DNA of 62,978 nucleotides, filler included, from Licmophora abbreviata (GCA_900291995.1; 18 parts of 18 records of this genome joined end to end with filler, not necessarily neighbours in it), one strand, 5' to 3'; positions 48,240 through 61,378 are shown, numbered from the whole stretch's first letter. Made by a program: numbers and translations. The notes: generated by a model not told the origin, from the sequence alone.

Positions 48240-49842
48240 CTAATGAGGCACTTGGTCTGCACTAGTCTGCAATCGATATCGAAGTGAGAGCATGTCGTCG
48301 AGTGACTCGTCCCTACTCTTGGAAGAAACTTCTGACAATTTGAGGTCATCGTCCAGAGCAATATCCTGCTCTTCATGGGCCAGCACTGTTATCTGTAAGG
48401 AAGCGAAAATGGATCGACAGGTATAAGGATTTGCCGTCAGCGAGTTTGGACAGCCCACCATATAGCTTTCGCCGACGTAATCACTCACCCGAAAGTCTTC
48501 AGGTGGCGCGTGTGAAAGCTTCCGACTCAGAAATAGTTTTATCAAAGCAATGGTCGCTTCCCCTGACACCACAAGTTCTGGTTTCGCCAGTGCATCTACT
48601 CGTCTTTCCAGCGGATCACGCGACAGGAGAAAGTCCACCTTTTTCGACGACTGAAATAAAGGTGATCGCGAGTTGGTGGAGGCGCGTCTACGCAAAATAA
48701 CCAGTATCGCAAAAGATGCAACAGACTCCTTCAAAGTTCTTACCTTCCGTGGACGATTCCGTTGCCTCTCGCTAGAGGCTTGGCTGGAATCGGAGAGCGC
48801 CGCTTTATTTTGCGAGCTGTCGCTGAGTGTTCGTTTCCTCTNNNNNNNNNNNNNNNNNNNNNNNNNNNNNNNNNNNNNNNNNNNNTTAATTAATTAANNN
48901 NNNNNNNNNNNNNNNNNNNNNNNNNNNNNNNNNNNNNNNNNTGAAATAAAGGTGATTGCGAGTTGGCGGAGGCGCGTCTACGCAAAATAACCAGTATCGC
49001 AAAAGATGCAACAGACTCCTTCAAAGTTCTTACCTTCCGTGGACGATTCCGTTGCCTCTCGCTAGAGGCTTGGCTGGAATCGGAGAGCGCCGCTTTGTTT
49101 TGCGAGCTGTCGCTGTTTTTTCGTTTCCTCTGTGGCTGTGGCAGTAGCACAAGAGCAAGGTTCGTAAGTCGTTAAATAGCTCTGACCAATTCATACCAAT
49201 AAAAAGGACACCATGCGACGCAACACTTACGGCCCCCATCCCATCAGACTGCCCTTTTTGTTGACGACCCCGTCCAATCGCGGTAATCAGGGTTTCTTGC
49301 ATTTCAAACTCTTCCTTTGCTTCCAGCTCATCCACATTTCCCAGTATACCTTCAATGATCATATCAAATCTCGGATCTGGTCGAAGCGATCGGCGCGAGG
49401 GAATATGGATGCGACACTTGGGGCATCGGTTCTGTTTGTCCTTGCGCAGGGACTCCTCGACGCATTCGGCGCAAAAGCGATGTAAGCAGCCCATAACGAC
49501 CGACGTATTCTTCATCCATCCCATGCAAACCGAGCAACGAAACTCGCTCAAGTCGTCCTGCGGTGGAAGAGGTGTTGGGGTGGAAACATACGTTTCAAAT
49601 CTGAACTGTGAGAAGGAGCCAAAGCGTAATCGGGGGGACAGAGATTCGTGACGACACCACACTTCCATAACATAGAATCCTACCTTGACTTTCAAGGAAA
49701 TACGACGCTTGGTTTCGCTCTGATTGATGGGATGCGGCGCCCGATGCTGGTCAAAGAGCGTCAAATGCCGGTGCGTCCAAGGTTCGTTCCATGTGGAGTG
49801 GGGGTGAATTTTGGATGGGTCAGGGTCTCCATTGATCGACAT
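48240..49842 (-). CDS. RING1: PRC1 E3 ligase RING1-like (RING plus C-terminal RAWUL-like domain); 3 introns; crosses linker
   Basis: LTLFDQHRAP resembles RING1 LSLYELxRTP; CSVCMGWMKNT..CLHRFCAECV..CPKCR..SRRSLRPDPRFD; C-terminal ATIALIKLFL..LSLRYRL. Confidence 0.8.
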
Positions 49843-50207
49843 CTTTCTGGGTAGTTTTGACACGACGAGAGACTTTCCTATCGGTGAGGGGTCTATAAGT
49901 TTCTATTTGCAACACTCAAGGATTTAAGTCAACGGCAAAGGCCACAGTTCATAGTCTGATGCTGCCGTCGTATCCATCACCGTGTATTGTGTGTCACGTC
50001 GCCGTCGAGGCGTCGCGAAGATTATGGTGAGCGGTCTGTACGACCAACCATGTACAATCCTCACTGTCTGGCCCGCCTGGATTCTCTATCTTCATGCATG
50101 TGCTCTTTTGAGTAGAAGCTAGGATTGAATCAGGGATGACTGGTGGACAGACGTCAAGAGGCTCCGTCGGCGTCGTGCGACACATCTAACCGGTACATCT
50201 TGCGACC

Positions 50208-50952
50208 ATGGCGACAGAAGAGACCGCCGCTGCTCCGCCAGTACCAGAGGCAGAACCNNNNNNNNNNNNNNNNNNNNNNNNNNNNNNNNNNNNNNNNNNN
50301 NTTAATTAATTAANNNNNNNNNNNNNNNNNNNNNNNNNNNNNNNNNNNNNNNNNNNNGAGACCGCCGCTGCTCCGCCAGTACCAGAGGCAGAACCGGTAA
50401 GCTGTGTGATTGAAGAAGCCGCGCGTGTTATAAGCGATAGCATGGTTCAATAATACTTAATTGTGACGTTGCGTTGTTGAACGTCGCTCACATCGACGGT
50501 GCGTGTTTATTTTTTGGTATTACACAGGCACCTCCGGCTGCCAAGAAGCGATCACCGTCGGACTTTCTCAAGTCAGTTCTGGGACGACCGGTTCGCGTCA
50601 AGCTTAATTCAGGGACCGAATATCGTGGTACGTGTTTGGCGCATGTTCAAATCTTTGTTGCGGCGGTCGATAGAGCAAGCTAGTCTCATTTTTTTAATTG
50701 ATCGACGACCCTCGTTAGGAGTCTTGGCGTGCTTGGATGGGTACATGAATATTGCCATGGAACAGACAGAAGAGTTCGTAGATGGACAGCTGAAAGCCAA
50801 GTATGGGGACTGCTTTATTCGGGGGAATAATGGTGAGTCGTCTAGATGATAATTGTCGTGCAGTCACTGCAATGTTACAAAGAGTCACACTCTGACTATG
50901 ACGTCTTCCTACCATCACAGTGCTCTACATTTCCGGACAAAAGCGAACGTAG
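50208..50952 (+). CDS. LSM6: U6 snRNP Sm-like protein LSm6; 3 introns; exon 1 duplicated across linker
   Basis: PSDFLKSVLGRPVRVKLNSGTEYRG|VLACLDGYMNIAMEQTEE..YGDCFIRGNN|VLYIS. Confidence 0.92.
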
Positions 50953-51139
50953 ACAGCTTTACATAAACTTGACTAAAAATATGCCTCCCTATCAGTATTA
51001 ACTGCAACGAATGGGACGCGCTTTTTTATACTTCGTAGTAAAGCGTGCCTCTGATATACTATGATCCGTCCTCCTTTCACCGCATCCCTCCGGTTCTATC
51101 ATCTGATTGTGTACCACCACATGACTCGCACCTCCCAGC

Positions 51140-52542
51140 TTAGTTGCGGTCGTGACGCTTTTCGGGGTCATGCATGTGGCCCTTCACCATCTTGACATCT
51201 TCCTCCACCATCTCCTTCACGAGGTCATCAAAGGACGTCTTCGATTTCCATCCGAGCTTGGTGTTGGCCTTGGTAGGGTCACCGAGGAGAAGTTCGACTT
51301 CTGTGGGACGGAAGTAGCGAGGATCAATGCGTACAAGAACGCGCGATTCGTCTTCGGCATCGACACCGATCTCATCGACCGTTCCAGACGGACCGACCCA
51401 CTTGACCGTCGTTCCGACTACCTTGAAGGCCTTCTCGACGAACTCGCGGACCGTGTGGGTCTCGCCAGTGGCAAGGACGTAGTCGTCCGGTTCGTCCTGC
51501 TGGAGCATCATCCACATGCCTTCAATGTAATCATTCGCATGTCCCCAATCACGCTTGGCATCAATGTTACCAAGGTAGAGAGTCTTTTCGATGCCCTCGT
51601 TGATGCGGGCGACGGAAGCTGTGATCTTGCGCGTCACAAAGGTGCGACCACGACGGGGGGACTCGTGATTGAAGAGAATGCCGTTGGTCAAGTGCATGCC
51701 ATAGGCCTCACGGTAGTTCACCAGGATCCAGAATGCGTACTGTTTGGCCACTGTGGCATCGCGGGAGGAAGACAAGAGAAGGGGAAAGTTGAGATTATCA
51801 TTCACGAACAGTCACGAATGTGACCAAAACCTACACGAGCGCCAGTCACGTACCAGCATAGGGAGAACGAGGGTAGAAGGGAGTCGTCTCTGACTGAGGG
51901 ACTTCCTGGACCTTTCCGTAGAGCTCACTGGTGGAAGCCTGGTAGAACCTGACCTCCTTCTCGAGCCCGCAAGCGCGAATGGCATCGAGCATACGAAGGA
52001 CACCCACTCCGTCGCAATCGGCAGTGTACTCCGGCATGTCGAACGAGACCTTGACATGACTCATGGCACCAAGGTTGAAAATTTCAGTAGGCTTGACATT
52101 CGAAATGATGGTGATGAGGTTGGTGGCATCGCAAAGGTCGCCATAGTGCAGGAAAATCTTCACCCCGGTCTCGTGGCGGTCCTTGTAGATGTGGTCGATG
52201 CGGCCGGTGTTGAAGCACGACGAGCGACGAACGATGCCGTGCACCTGTAGTAGAAAAGGAGGCAAATGCGATAAGGTAAGAGAGAGCGGATGGAGGCAAA
52301 GACCACCGCAAATAAGACTTCCCACGTCCAAAAGGCCTTCGTCGCCTCCTTGCGTGCACCTCGCCCGATCCTGTGGTACACACTGCGTAGACTCCTACGA
52401 TGGTCATTGGGAACAGAACACCGCGCAGCTGCAGGGCACGAGATCTTACCGTGTAGCCCTTGGCGAGCAAGAACTCGGCCAGGTACGATCCGTCCTGGCC
52501 GGTGATACCGGTGATGAGAGCTACTTTGCGTTCTTCCGTCAT
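51140..52542 (-). CDS. GMD: GDP-mannose 4,6-dehydratase; 2 introns
   Basis: [73 protein letters not shown]. Confidence 0.95.
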
Positions 52543-52941
52543 GGCTGCAGAATTGTGAGCTGAAAGCGTGGCGGAAGGAGTGTGATGAGGCAACCGTGAA
52601 TGCTGCTTACGGCCGCCGTAAGTATGCGCGCGTTTTGAATGACGCGTGACTCTCATCTCGCAACGGCATTTTACGATGACTCCCAAAATGTCCGAATGGC
52701 ATCGAAAAAATGTCAGTCGCGATTGGAGCTCCAAAGGTGCCTTGATTGCATTGATGACTTTGAGGATTTATCTTCCACTCTATTAAAAGTAGGCATCTAA
52801 TGTAGTAGAGCAAGGCCTAATCCTTTCTCCCGCGGCCTCGATAGTCATGCCTAGCCAACAAGGTGGACGCAGGATCTACGGGTGTTTTTCTGGTGCATCT
52901 AGAGTATACTATAGCTGGTCAAGCGTATCATGCTTTCCTAG

Positions 52942-54576
52942 CTACCAACGACCGCCTCGCCCTCCACCGCTTCTGCCACCACCAAAACTAACTCCACTGC
53001 TACCGCTCCGTCCGCTACTACCAGATCCACTCGTCTGTGGCTTGCTTCGCACAAAACTCGGGTCCCGAGCTAGTTCTCCATCATATGTCGACTGAGACCA
53101 ACGTTGAATCTGGTCGACACGAGCATACTGCGGGTATCGCTGATTCAACGCCATCAAGCGAAAAGCTCTTTCCCGCGTGTAATTCCGCAGCGCTCGTTGT
53201 ACCAAGTCCTCGTGACGTCGCTGACGAATATTGACATGGATGTTGCGGCCTCTGTTATGATCGACTGCGGCGTCGTTCTGCACCACGACGACACCCTCGT
53301 CGGTCTCGCTGCCGACATGTTGCTGACAAATGGGACATCGATCCACACGTCCAGTGCCGCTCTCGACCCAATCATTCCAACATGTCTCATCAAACACATG
53401 TCCGCATCGCAGGAGTCTCAATGGCAGCCCGTCGCTTCCGAGCTTCGTTGTCGCCGTGCTGTTGGTCAATTCGCTCGTCGCTTCTGTCCCCGTCGTCCCC
53501 TCGACTGACGATTCGCCCTCGACACCTTGGTATTGTTGCTCTTGAAAGTCTTGTAGACAAATAGGACACGACGTGCATTGGTAGCGTCCTTGAAGTGCTT
53601 CAGCGCGGCTCCGATCCAGCTCGGTCAGCTGACTCTGAACACGCGCATAGTCTCGTTGCTGAATACGCCTCGCACGATCTGAAAAGATAGCTACTCCAAC
53701 CATACCACCAAAGAGGATGACAGGGAATAGTTGTTCTAGCCAGTGATAGACTCGTTCATGATACTTCGGCTCTCCCAATTTCAGATGCTGCCCAATCTCG
53801 TCGAGAGCTTGTTCAATCGCCGGCTGGAATTTGGCGGTACGCAAGAGTGGTCGCATATTGTCAATGACACGATCCAGTCGACTGTCCGTCAGTATACGAT
53901 TGAGTGCAGATCCCTTGGAGATGTAGATGACTCTATCGCCCAACGACAAGAACAGGAGAATGCCTGTACCTCCGCCACCACCGCACGTGTCGTCGTCCAA
54001 CGTTGTTCCGACACCCCACGTGTCGTGAAGATGAGTTGCGAATGCTTCCGCTGCATTGTCTTCTTTGTTTTTCGAATGAGAGTAATCAGAAAGATCCATC
54101 TGTGAATGATGAATAAGTGTCATTAGACACGGGCATTATGTTTTGAAGAACTGGTTCGATGGTGGTACTGTACTTACCCGTTCGACGAGAGCGACTGCCA
54201 GCTGCACCGGTGCAACTGCGACGTTCTGAGAATGATCCGCAGGCGGATGAATCATCTTGATTTTCGGCCCCCTTCCATCACAACTCATCAAAACTGCATG
54301 ACTTTCTTCGAACCGTTCAATCCCTCTCCCCAATTCAAGCACACTGCGATCGCTAAAGATGGCATCTGGGTCGCAAACGCGACTGGAGGTGGGCGATCGA
54401 CAGAGCTCAGCATCATTCGTACTATCGACATTCGAGGGATTTGGAAAGCTGGACTTCTTCCAAGGACCTAATGAGGAGGATGTCGCTACCTCTGTAGCAT
54501 GATGCACCGAGCAATAAGAGGATAGGATGAGAAGTAGCAGGACTATCGAGTGTAGAGGTCGTGTCGTCGTCATCAT
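52942..54576 (-). CDS. Secretory-pathway TPM (DUF477/MOLO-1-like) domain protein with a TM helix and RING-H2 finger; one intron (about 54102-54177)
   Basis: Signal peptide; VCDPDAIFS; AEAFATHLHDTWGVG..GILLFLSLGDRVIYISKG; TM; CPICLQDF..LRCGHVFDETCW..CPIC; tail SFGGGRSGGGRGGRW. Confidence 0.8.
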
Positions 54577-54845
54577 GGTGTGTGTATGTTGATGGAAGTT
54601 TTGTTCTGTGTCGTCGTTTTTGAGCGCGCAACTTGTTCGAAACGTGGAAGGGAATCTGGATTTCGCAAAAAAAAGAGTTGCCCGCCATCACACTTCGCAC
54701 CATGGGATCATCCATGGACATTGCGACGGCGACGACAGTGTAGGGGTACACAAGAATCAACGTGCGATCTACCATGACGTTCCCCGGCCATCCAAGAGTA
54801 TAGCCTTGCCGTTTCTGGATTCCACCGATCAGCATCGTGTTCAAG

Positions 54846-56196
54846 ATGTCGTCGTCGTCGTCGTCGGAACACATTCCGAATCATCATCACTCGGCTTCGC
54901 GCGTAGTACAACGCATACGGTCTTTGTCTTCAGTCCTTACATGCTTTAAGATTTTTTTAGTTCTTGTGGTGATCGACGTGGCAGTCTTGCTTTCGCTCGG
55001 ATTCAGATCGGAGGATTCATCCATCGATCAGTGGACACGTTCATTGGAGCACTTTGTGATGGCATACGACGGCAATGCCTTGGGACGCATGAAAGATCAA
55101 TTGTTGACTCACGAGGCCCACGAGAAGCTTGATCAACGCCAGACGGAAGAGGCTGGTGACGATCATTTCGGCATTCTTGAGACCGATCTTAGAAGTCAAC
55201 GATCACTCGACAACTACTATTCTCGGTCTCATATTACTTCCACCAAGGGTACACTGGTCATTGGCGGCACTGATGGGTCTGGAACANNNNNNNNNNNNNN
55301 NNNNNNNNNNNNNNNNNNNNNNNNNNNNNNTTAATTAATTAANNNNNNNNNNNNNNNNNNNNNNNNNNNNNNNNNNNNNNNNNNNNAAGTTTGAGAGTCT
55401 TGTGCAGTTAGCGGATTTCGTCGGGTCGCCCATGACTCTGGAAGAATTGTGTTGCATGAGTCGACGTGCCGTTGTGGATTTGGGACATTCGCCAATGCGG
55501 GAAGAGCAAACATTTTCGGCGGAACAACTCAGTGCCTATAGAGAAAAGCGTGACGCGGAACGAAGCATCAGGGCGGGACAAGGTGGGGATTTCGCTCGCA
55601 TGTCGCATAAAGAACGCGTGGCGGCCTTGAGGGAGAAACAGGCCGCCCGCCAGAATAACACGCTCGTCAACAACGACCGACTCGGAGATACCCATCAACA
55701 TCACCACCGAGAAGATCTTGATCACACAACGGAGCGCGATTCTCGATACCATGATCTTGCGTACCGAAGAGATTCTCGACGAGGTGTTGTGTCCTCGCAC
55801 ATGATGCGACGTACGAACGAAGATACTGGTGGTCATCGGCGACTCGGTATAGGACGCGATGGTGCTTCCTTACAGTTGAAGTCACAAGCGCGCGACTCCG
55901 ACCTTCAGGAGGAAGACACAGTAAGCCCGAGGAAAGGACCAATTCATGACCAGCAGAATCAGCTTGAACCTGAGGTGCCGATACAACACGTCCAGGCGCG
56001 GTATGGAAAGTGGGCTGCGGCTCTTAGAGATCTTCCTGGACTTTCAGAACAGCTGCATCGAATTGGAAAAGAAGGACTTGCCTTGTTTGGGTACGAACCG
56101 CATGCTCGCTTCATGGACTGTCGACCAGACGTTGGGTTGCAGTGTGACGCCACCGTAGTATGCGAAGTGGGGGTCGCGTCAAACACTAGTGAATAG
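54846..56196 (+). CDS. Type II membrane sulfotransferase-like protein; centre lost in linker
   Basis: N-terminal TM, LVIGGTDGSGT (PAPS-binding-like loop) just before the gap, C-terminal RYGKW..GLALFGY. Confidence 0.55.
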
Positions 56197-56367
56197 AGAG
56201 GAACGGCCGGAGCATCCTGTGGGTGACGCATCACGTGACGCGATGCTATATAATACATTCTCTAGGGAGCACTGTGCAGCTTGCAACTTCCAGTGTATGT
56301 ATCATGTTTTACGTTCCACTATAGGAGTGAGTCGTTGTCGTACACAATAAGGTCTTCCCACAACTAC

Positions 56368-57184
56368 CTACATGCAAATCCGATACGTTACATATCGCCC
56401 CGCCGTTTCGGAAGGACGAATAATCTTGACGACGTGTCCTCGCTTCATGCCATAGTATCGTGCCACAGGATCGTTGGGCTGAATCCTTGGCAGCTGCGTT
56501 TCTTTCAAACGATAGCGCTTCAAGAGTTCCGCCTTTTCGTTGGACGTGAGGACCTGATGTTCTGGAACCAACTGATGTTTAGTAATATCGACAAGTAACT
56601 CTGCCTCTTTGAAATGCTCAATGCGAAACGAGTCACTCATTTCAGCTACAGCCTGTTTGGCAAAGGACGTTATGTCGACCCTCAACACCATGATGGCATT
56701 GGACACTCCCTCCGCGCGCATGCGATCCGTGTAGACCTTGATGGGCTTGACGCCAACCTTTTCGTCTTCCGGGAAGAAGACAAATAGCTGGTTCGTATCG
56801 TCGTCTGCTTTTTCCTGTATATTTTAAATCAAGGGTGGAGCGCGGGACGAGTGACACCGTTAAATCAGGGGCGATAAGTCTGTAAGGTTTCGAATTGGGG
56901 AGGACTAGCGTCGCTTGACCGTGTTCGTTCCGTTTTATCGCAGTCATTCACTGCATATTGCTTACCACAAGTATCGTAAGAGCATCACGAGTTGGATACT
57001 CTCCAAACTTTGCTAAGAAGCCCTGAGGCGTCATATCCCGCATTTCTCGTGGAATCATGTAGCCTCGTTGCTCCAACATGCTGGAAATAGTCTTGTAGAC
57101 ACGAAACAAACGAGAGGCCTCGGCACGCAGTGTGGGAGCCGCGGTCGCTTCTTCGTCTATCATCATTTCTTCATTGTCTGACAT
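56368..57184 (-). CDS. RPB5: RNA polymerase I/II/III shared subunit RPB5; one intron
   Basis: LFRVYKT..MLEQRGY, FKEAELLVDITKHQLVPEHQVL, QLPRIQPNDPVARYYG, RPSETAGRYVTYR. Confidence 0.95.
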
Positions 57185-57544
57185 GGTTAAGAAGTACTGG
57201 TATAAAAGTAGAAGTCAGTTGGCGTTCAGTAGCGTATCAATACAGTGAGCACGATCGAGCAGTCAGCAGCCACACCACAGTCACACAGTGCATCACACTC
57301 ATGGTTGTCGTCGCTGGGATCTGATATATTTTTTATTTTCGGATGGCTCTCGCAGCAACGCTCAAAATTTGTCCAAAATGATGATTTGGTTTGCCAAAAT
57401 ATAACAATACACGTTTTGGCCAAAAAGACCTAATCATCACGATGAGATAGATGTTCACAATTCACATTGTTCTGGTGAATACTCGATGACGCTGTTGCCT
57501 TCACTGTTGGACTGATTGGTGTCCGCATCAGTGTCCCGCTTGCA

Positions 57545-59186
57545 ATGAGAAAACGAGTGATGGATGAGTCACTTCATGTCTCTGATGAAAGCAGCAGCGC
57601 CTCCGCTTCCCATCACGGGACCACCATCAGCAGCACCCAAGAAGAAGCATCTTCGACATCCTTCATGTCCCCTGTCGTGGCGTGTATACTCATTACAGAA
57701 ACAGCCGAACGCTTTTCTTACTTTGGATTTCGTGCCATTCTCATTTTGTACTTTACGAGGAGTCTCAAGTACCCCGATGCGACGGGAATTGCCTTATTCG
57801 CCTATACGACGTGTCTGGCCTATCTCTCGCCCTTGCTGGGGGCACTGCTGGCAGACGGACACTCGGGACGCTACAAGACGATACTCTGGTTTGGAGGCAT
57901 TTACGCTGTGGGACTCTGTATCCTTACGGCAGGGGCATATCTCGACAATGACGAGGAAACGCTGCCTCGAAAACGCTTCTTGACGTTTTTAGGACTCTTT
58001 CTGTGCTGTATCGGTACGGGTGGCATCAAACCTTGTGTGTCGGCCTTTGGGGCCGATCAGGTGGCATACGCACCTCCTATGAGTCGGTCCTTGGATCCAG
58101 GAGCGGTCCATGACGAAGCTTCACTGGAAGCAGCGCCAGAGTCATCCTCGCCCATCGCAGTCGCAGACAGTGAAGCGCGTGTTCGCGCCTTCTTTGCATC
58201 CTTTTACTTTTTCATCAACCTCGGAGCGGTCGCATCCATCGTTATCGTTCCTATTCTACGAGCTCACTCTGGCTTTGGGACAGCATTCCTTGCTCCCACT
58301 CTCTTTATTATCTTTGCCATGCTCGTCTTCTTGTACAAGAGCGGGGATTATGTGCATCATGTGCCTGGACAAGACGGAACGTCACTGGCCGTCACGTTTC
58401 AATGTTGCTGGTGGCTCTTANNNNNNNNNNNNNNNNNNNNNNNNNNNNNNNNNNNNNNNNNNNNTTAATTAATTAANNNNNNNNNNNNNNNNNNNNNNNN
58501 NNNNNNNNNNNNNNNNNNNNGAACAGCTCAACGTTCTTAATCCCGTGGAAATCATGATTTTCATTCCGCTCTTCGATCGATGCGTCTATCCAGCTCTAGA
58601 GAAACGGGGATGGAATATTTCTCATTTACGGCGGATGGCATGGGGAATGTTACTTGGGGCGTTGTCCTTTTTTGTCAGTGGACTATTGGAAAGTGCTATT
58701 CAACGCCGCGACGCTCAAGGTTTGCAACAAGTGCACGTGCTATGGCAGATACCGCAGTTGACCATATTGGCAGTTGCAGAAATATTGCTGTCCGTGACGG
58801 GGCTGGAGTTTGCCTATGCCACGTCTCCCGATCGAATGAAGGCGTTCCTCATGGCTCTGTATCTTCTGACGACGGCAGTCGGCGATTTCTTCGGCGGGCT
58901 CTTGTACTCGAGCGTCTTTCAAGCTCTCAATCGGGCGACTGTCATGCACGTTTGTGCACTTTTGATGATGTTCAATCTCGGTCTGTTTTGCTGTGTTGCG
59001 CACTGGTGGGAACAGACCGATGCACCGTATGCATCACCAAATAGGATGAACGAAACAGGGGAAATGCTGGATTCGACCAAGAGGAGCATTTCCATGGAAT
59101 TCAAGGACTATGAGAGTCTTGGGCGGACTACATCGTTCAAGGGCGTCGAACTGCAACCCAAGGTGCGTGACGGTGAGTTGACGTGA
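57545..59186 (+). CDS. POT/PTR (NPF/SLC15) proton-dependent oligopeptide transporter; crosses linker
   Basis: ETAERFSYFG (ExxER), GTGGIKPCVSAFGADQ, FYFFINLG, WQIPQ..EILLSVTGLEFAY. Confidence 0.92.
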
Positions 59187-59319
59187 CGGGTTCTGGAGGG
59201 CAGCCACATTGGCGACGGTACGATCGAGGGTACATGCGACACTGTGATGCATAGCATACTCTAATACAGAGTGATATATATCACTATCTAGCGCCATTTT
59301 TGCTCCAGGATCTTCCCTT

Positions 59320-60833
59320 TTACTCTTCGTATTTTTTGAACAAGACTGCTGCATTGTGTCCCCCAAAGCCAAGGTTCGTACTCATAGCGGCTGTCACCTC
59401 CATCTCGCGCTTTTCATTGGGAACATAGTCCAAATCGCATTCGGGATCGGGTGTTTCGTAGTTGATGGTCGGAGGGACTACATCGTGATAAATACTCTTG
59501 GCAGCCACAATTGCTTCCAAGCCTCCCGCCGCACCAAGAGTGTGGCCAGTTACGCACTTAGTGGACGAAACGACCATTTTCTTGTCTGTGGCATGTTCGC
59601 CAAAGACAGTCTTGATGGCCATGGTCTCGAACTTGTCGTTGTATGGTGTGGAAGTGCCATGTGCATTGATGTACTTAATTTGTTCTTTTTCGATTCCACT
59701 CATTCTGATTGCCATTTCCATTGCCTTGGCTAGTCCGCGACCTCCCGGAGCCGGGGTGGTAATGTGATGAGCATCGCACGTTGCACCGTATCCGACAAGC
59801 TCACAATAAATCTTGGCGCCGCGCTTCTTGGCCGACTCGAGACTTTCCAACAAGACAACTCCAGATCCCTCTCCCATGATGAAGCCAGAACGGTTCGAGT
59901 CGAAGGGTCTAGATCCAGATTTGGGGTCATCGTTGAACGCAGTCGACATGGCCTTCATGGCCGAGAAGCCGGCAAACGCCAGAGGAGTTATGGTCGCCTC
60001 GGTACCTCCCGCCAGCATCTGATCGGCATGGCCGTCAATGATCATTCCCATGGCTTCACCAATGGCATGACTTCCGCTCGCACAGGCGGAAACAACCGCA
60101 TAGTTAGGGCCCTGAGCGCCAGTTTCGATACCAATCACACCCGAGGCCGTGTTTCCAAGCAACGCAGGTATCGTAAAGGGCGAGACCTATGTAGCAGGGA
60201 GCGACATGACTGCAAAGTAAGGATCAAAGGACTTGCTGAGCAGAATATAGATGTTTTTCTCTCTCAACTGACCTTTGGTCTTTCAGGCTTTGCCGCAAGC
60301 TTGAGAGTCTCCTTTTCGAAAGTTTCCATGCCACCAAAAGCCGATCCGACCATGACGCCGATTCGCTCTGGATTCTCGATCGTCTCGGGTGTATCACCTA
60401 TCCCCGCATCCTTGAGTGCCTGGCGCGCAGCCGCAACAGCGAAATGTGTGTATCGATCGTTGGATCGAGCATTCTTGGGGTTGGCAAAGTGGTCCGCAGC
60501 AACAAACATTTCATCTGGCACTTCGCTGGCGATTTTACAAGGATAGTTGGAAATATCGAAACGCTTGACAGTATCCAAGCTGGACTTTCCGTCAAGACAT
60601 GCCTGGAAGAAGTCATCGTGACCGAGACCGCAGCCACTGATCACTCCTAGTCCAGTCAAGACTACGCGTGTCTTGTCGTCGTCTTCAGTGCCACCACTCA
60701 TGCGCATCGGAGAGCAAGGCGACCGAGTCACCGGGTTGCGACGACACGCGACAGTCGTGAATCCAGACCCATATTCCAGTCCCAGGGCCAAGAGAATCAA
60801 GCCTGTAGATAAACTCATTGTCAAATAGTCCAT
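59320..60833 (-). CDS. fabF: Plastid 3-oxoacyl-ACP synthase II (KAS II/FabF); intron 60187-60272
   Basis: Signal peptide ending [12 protein letters not shown]; Cys-His-His triad [28 protein letters not shown]. Confidence 0.92.
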
Positions 60834-61378
60834 CAGAACAACGGCACAGATTCTTCGCCGCTTTCGTCGTCATTTTGTGGCGACATCAATGTTACAGAGA
60901 GGGGCAACACGCCGCGGCTACGGCGACGAAATCCCGAACACGTACTTGGGTCCGGGTTCCTAAAATGATCTCAAACCGTCCGTGTGTCACATCACGTCTC
61001 GAAGTGAGTGCGTGTTTTCCGAACCTCAGAAAAAGGCCCGCGATCCCCCGATGGACGTCGGCACAGATCCATCATCGTAATCCGTGTTGGTGCTGTGCCG
61101 ATTGTGAAGAGGAAACGTTCCTAGTACNNNNNNNNNNNNNNNNNNNNNNNNNNNNNNNNNNNNNNNNNNNNTTAATTAATTAANNNNNNNNNNNNNNNNN
61201 NNNNNNNNNNNNNNNNNNNNNNNNNNNGGGGAGCTCGCGATGTGCAACATGGCAATATGGCCGAGCCGCCGCAGTATCCATGGCAGAGCACAACCACACA
61301 GCGACTCCAAATGATAGAAGATCGAAGAGAGTCGAAACTACAAAGTAAGGGGAAAAACAATCGCATGACACAGTCAAA

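Noticed and set aside
50220..50396. Tandem duplication of LSM6 exon 1
   Set aside because: Exact 38-bp overlap on both sides of a linker, consistent with a contig-end overlap.
21168..50952. Cluster of RNA-processing genes (SRRM1-like, TCAB1, BRX1, USP39, RBM22, LSM6)
   Set aside because: Spread over 30 kb among unrelated genes, and this functional class is abundant, so there is no evidence of a true cluster.
56817..56965. snoRNA in the RPB5 intron
   Set aside because: It has a CTGA and a small hairpin but no convincing RUGAUGA C box.
5537..61227. Recurrent TTAATTAATTAA motif as a biological repeat or CRISPR-like array
   Set aside because: Always centred in N runs of the same total length and often interrupting genes; it is a synthetic six-frame-stop linker.
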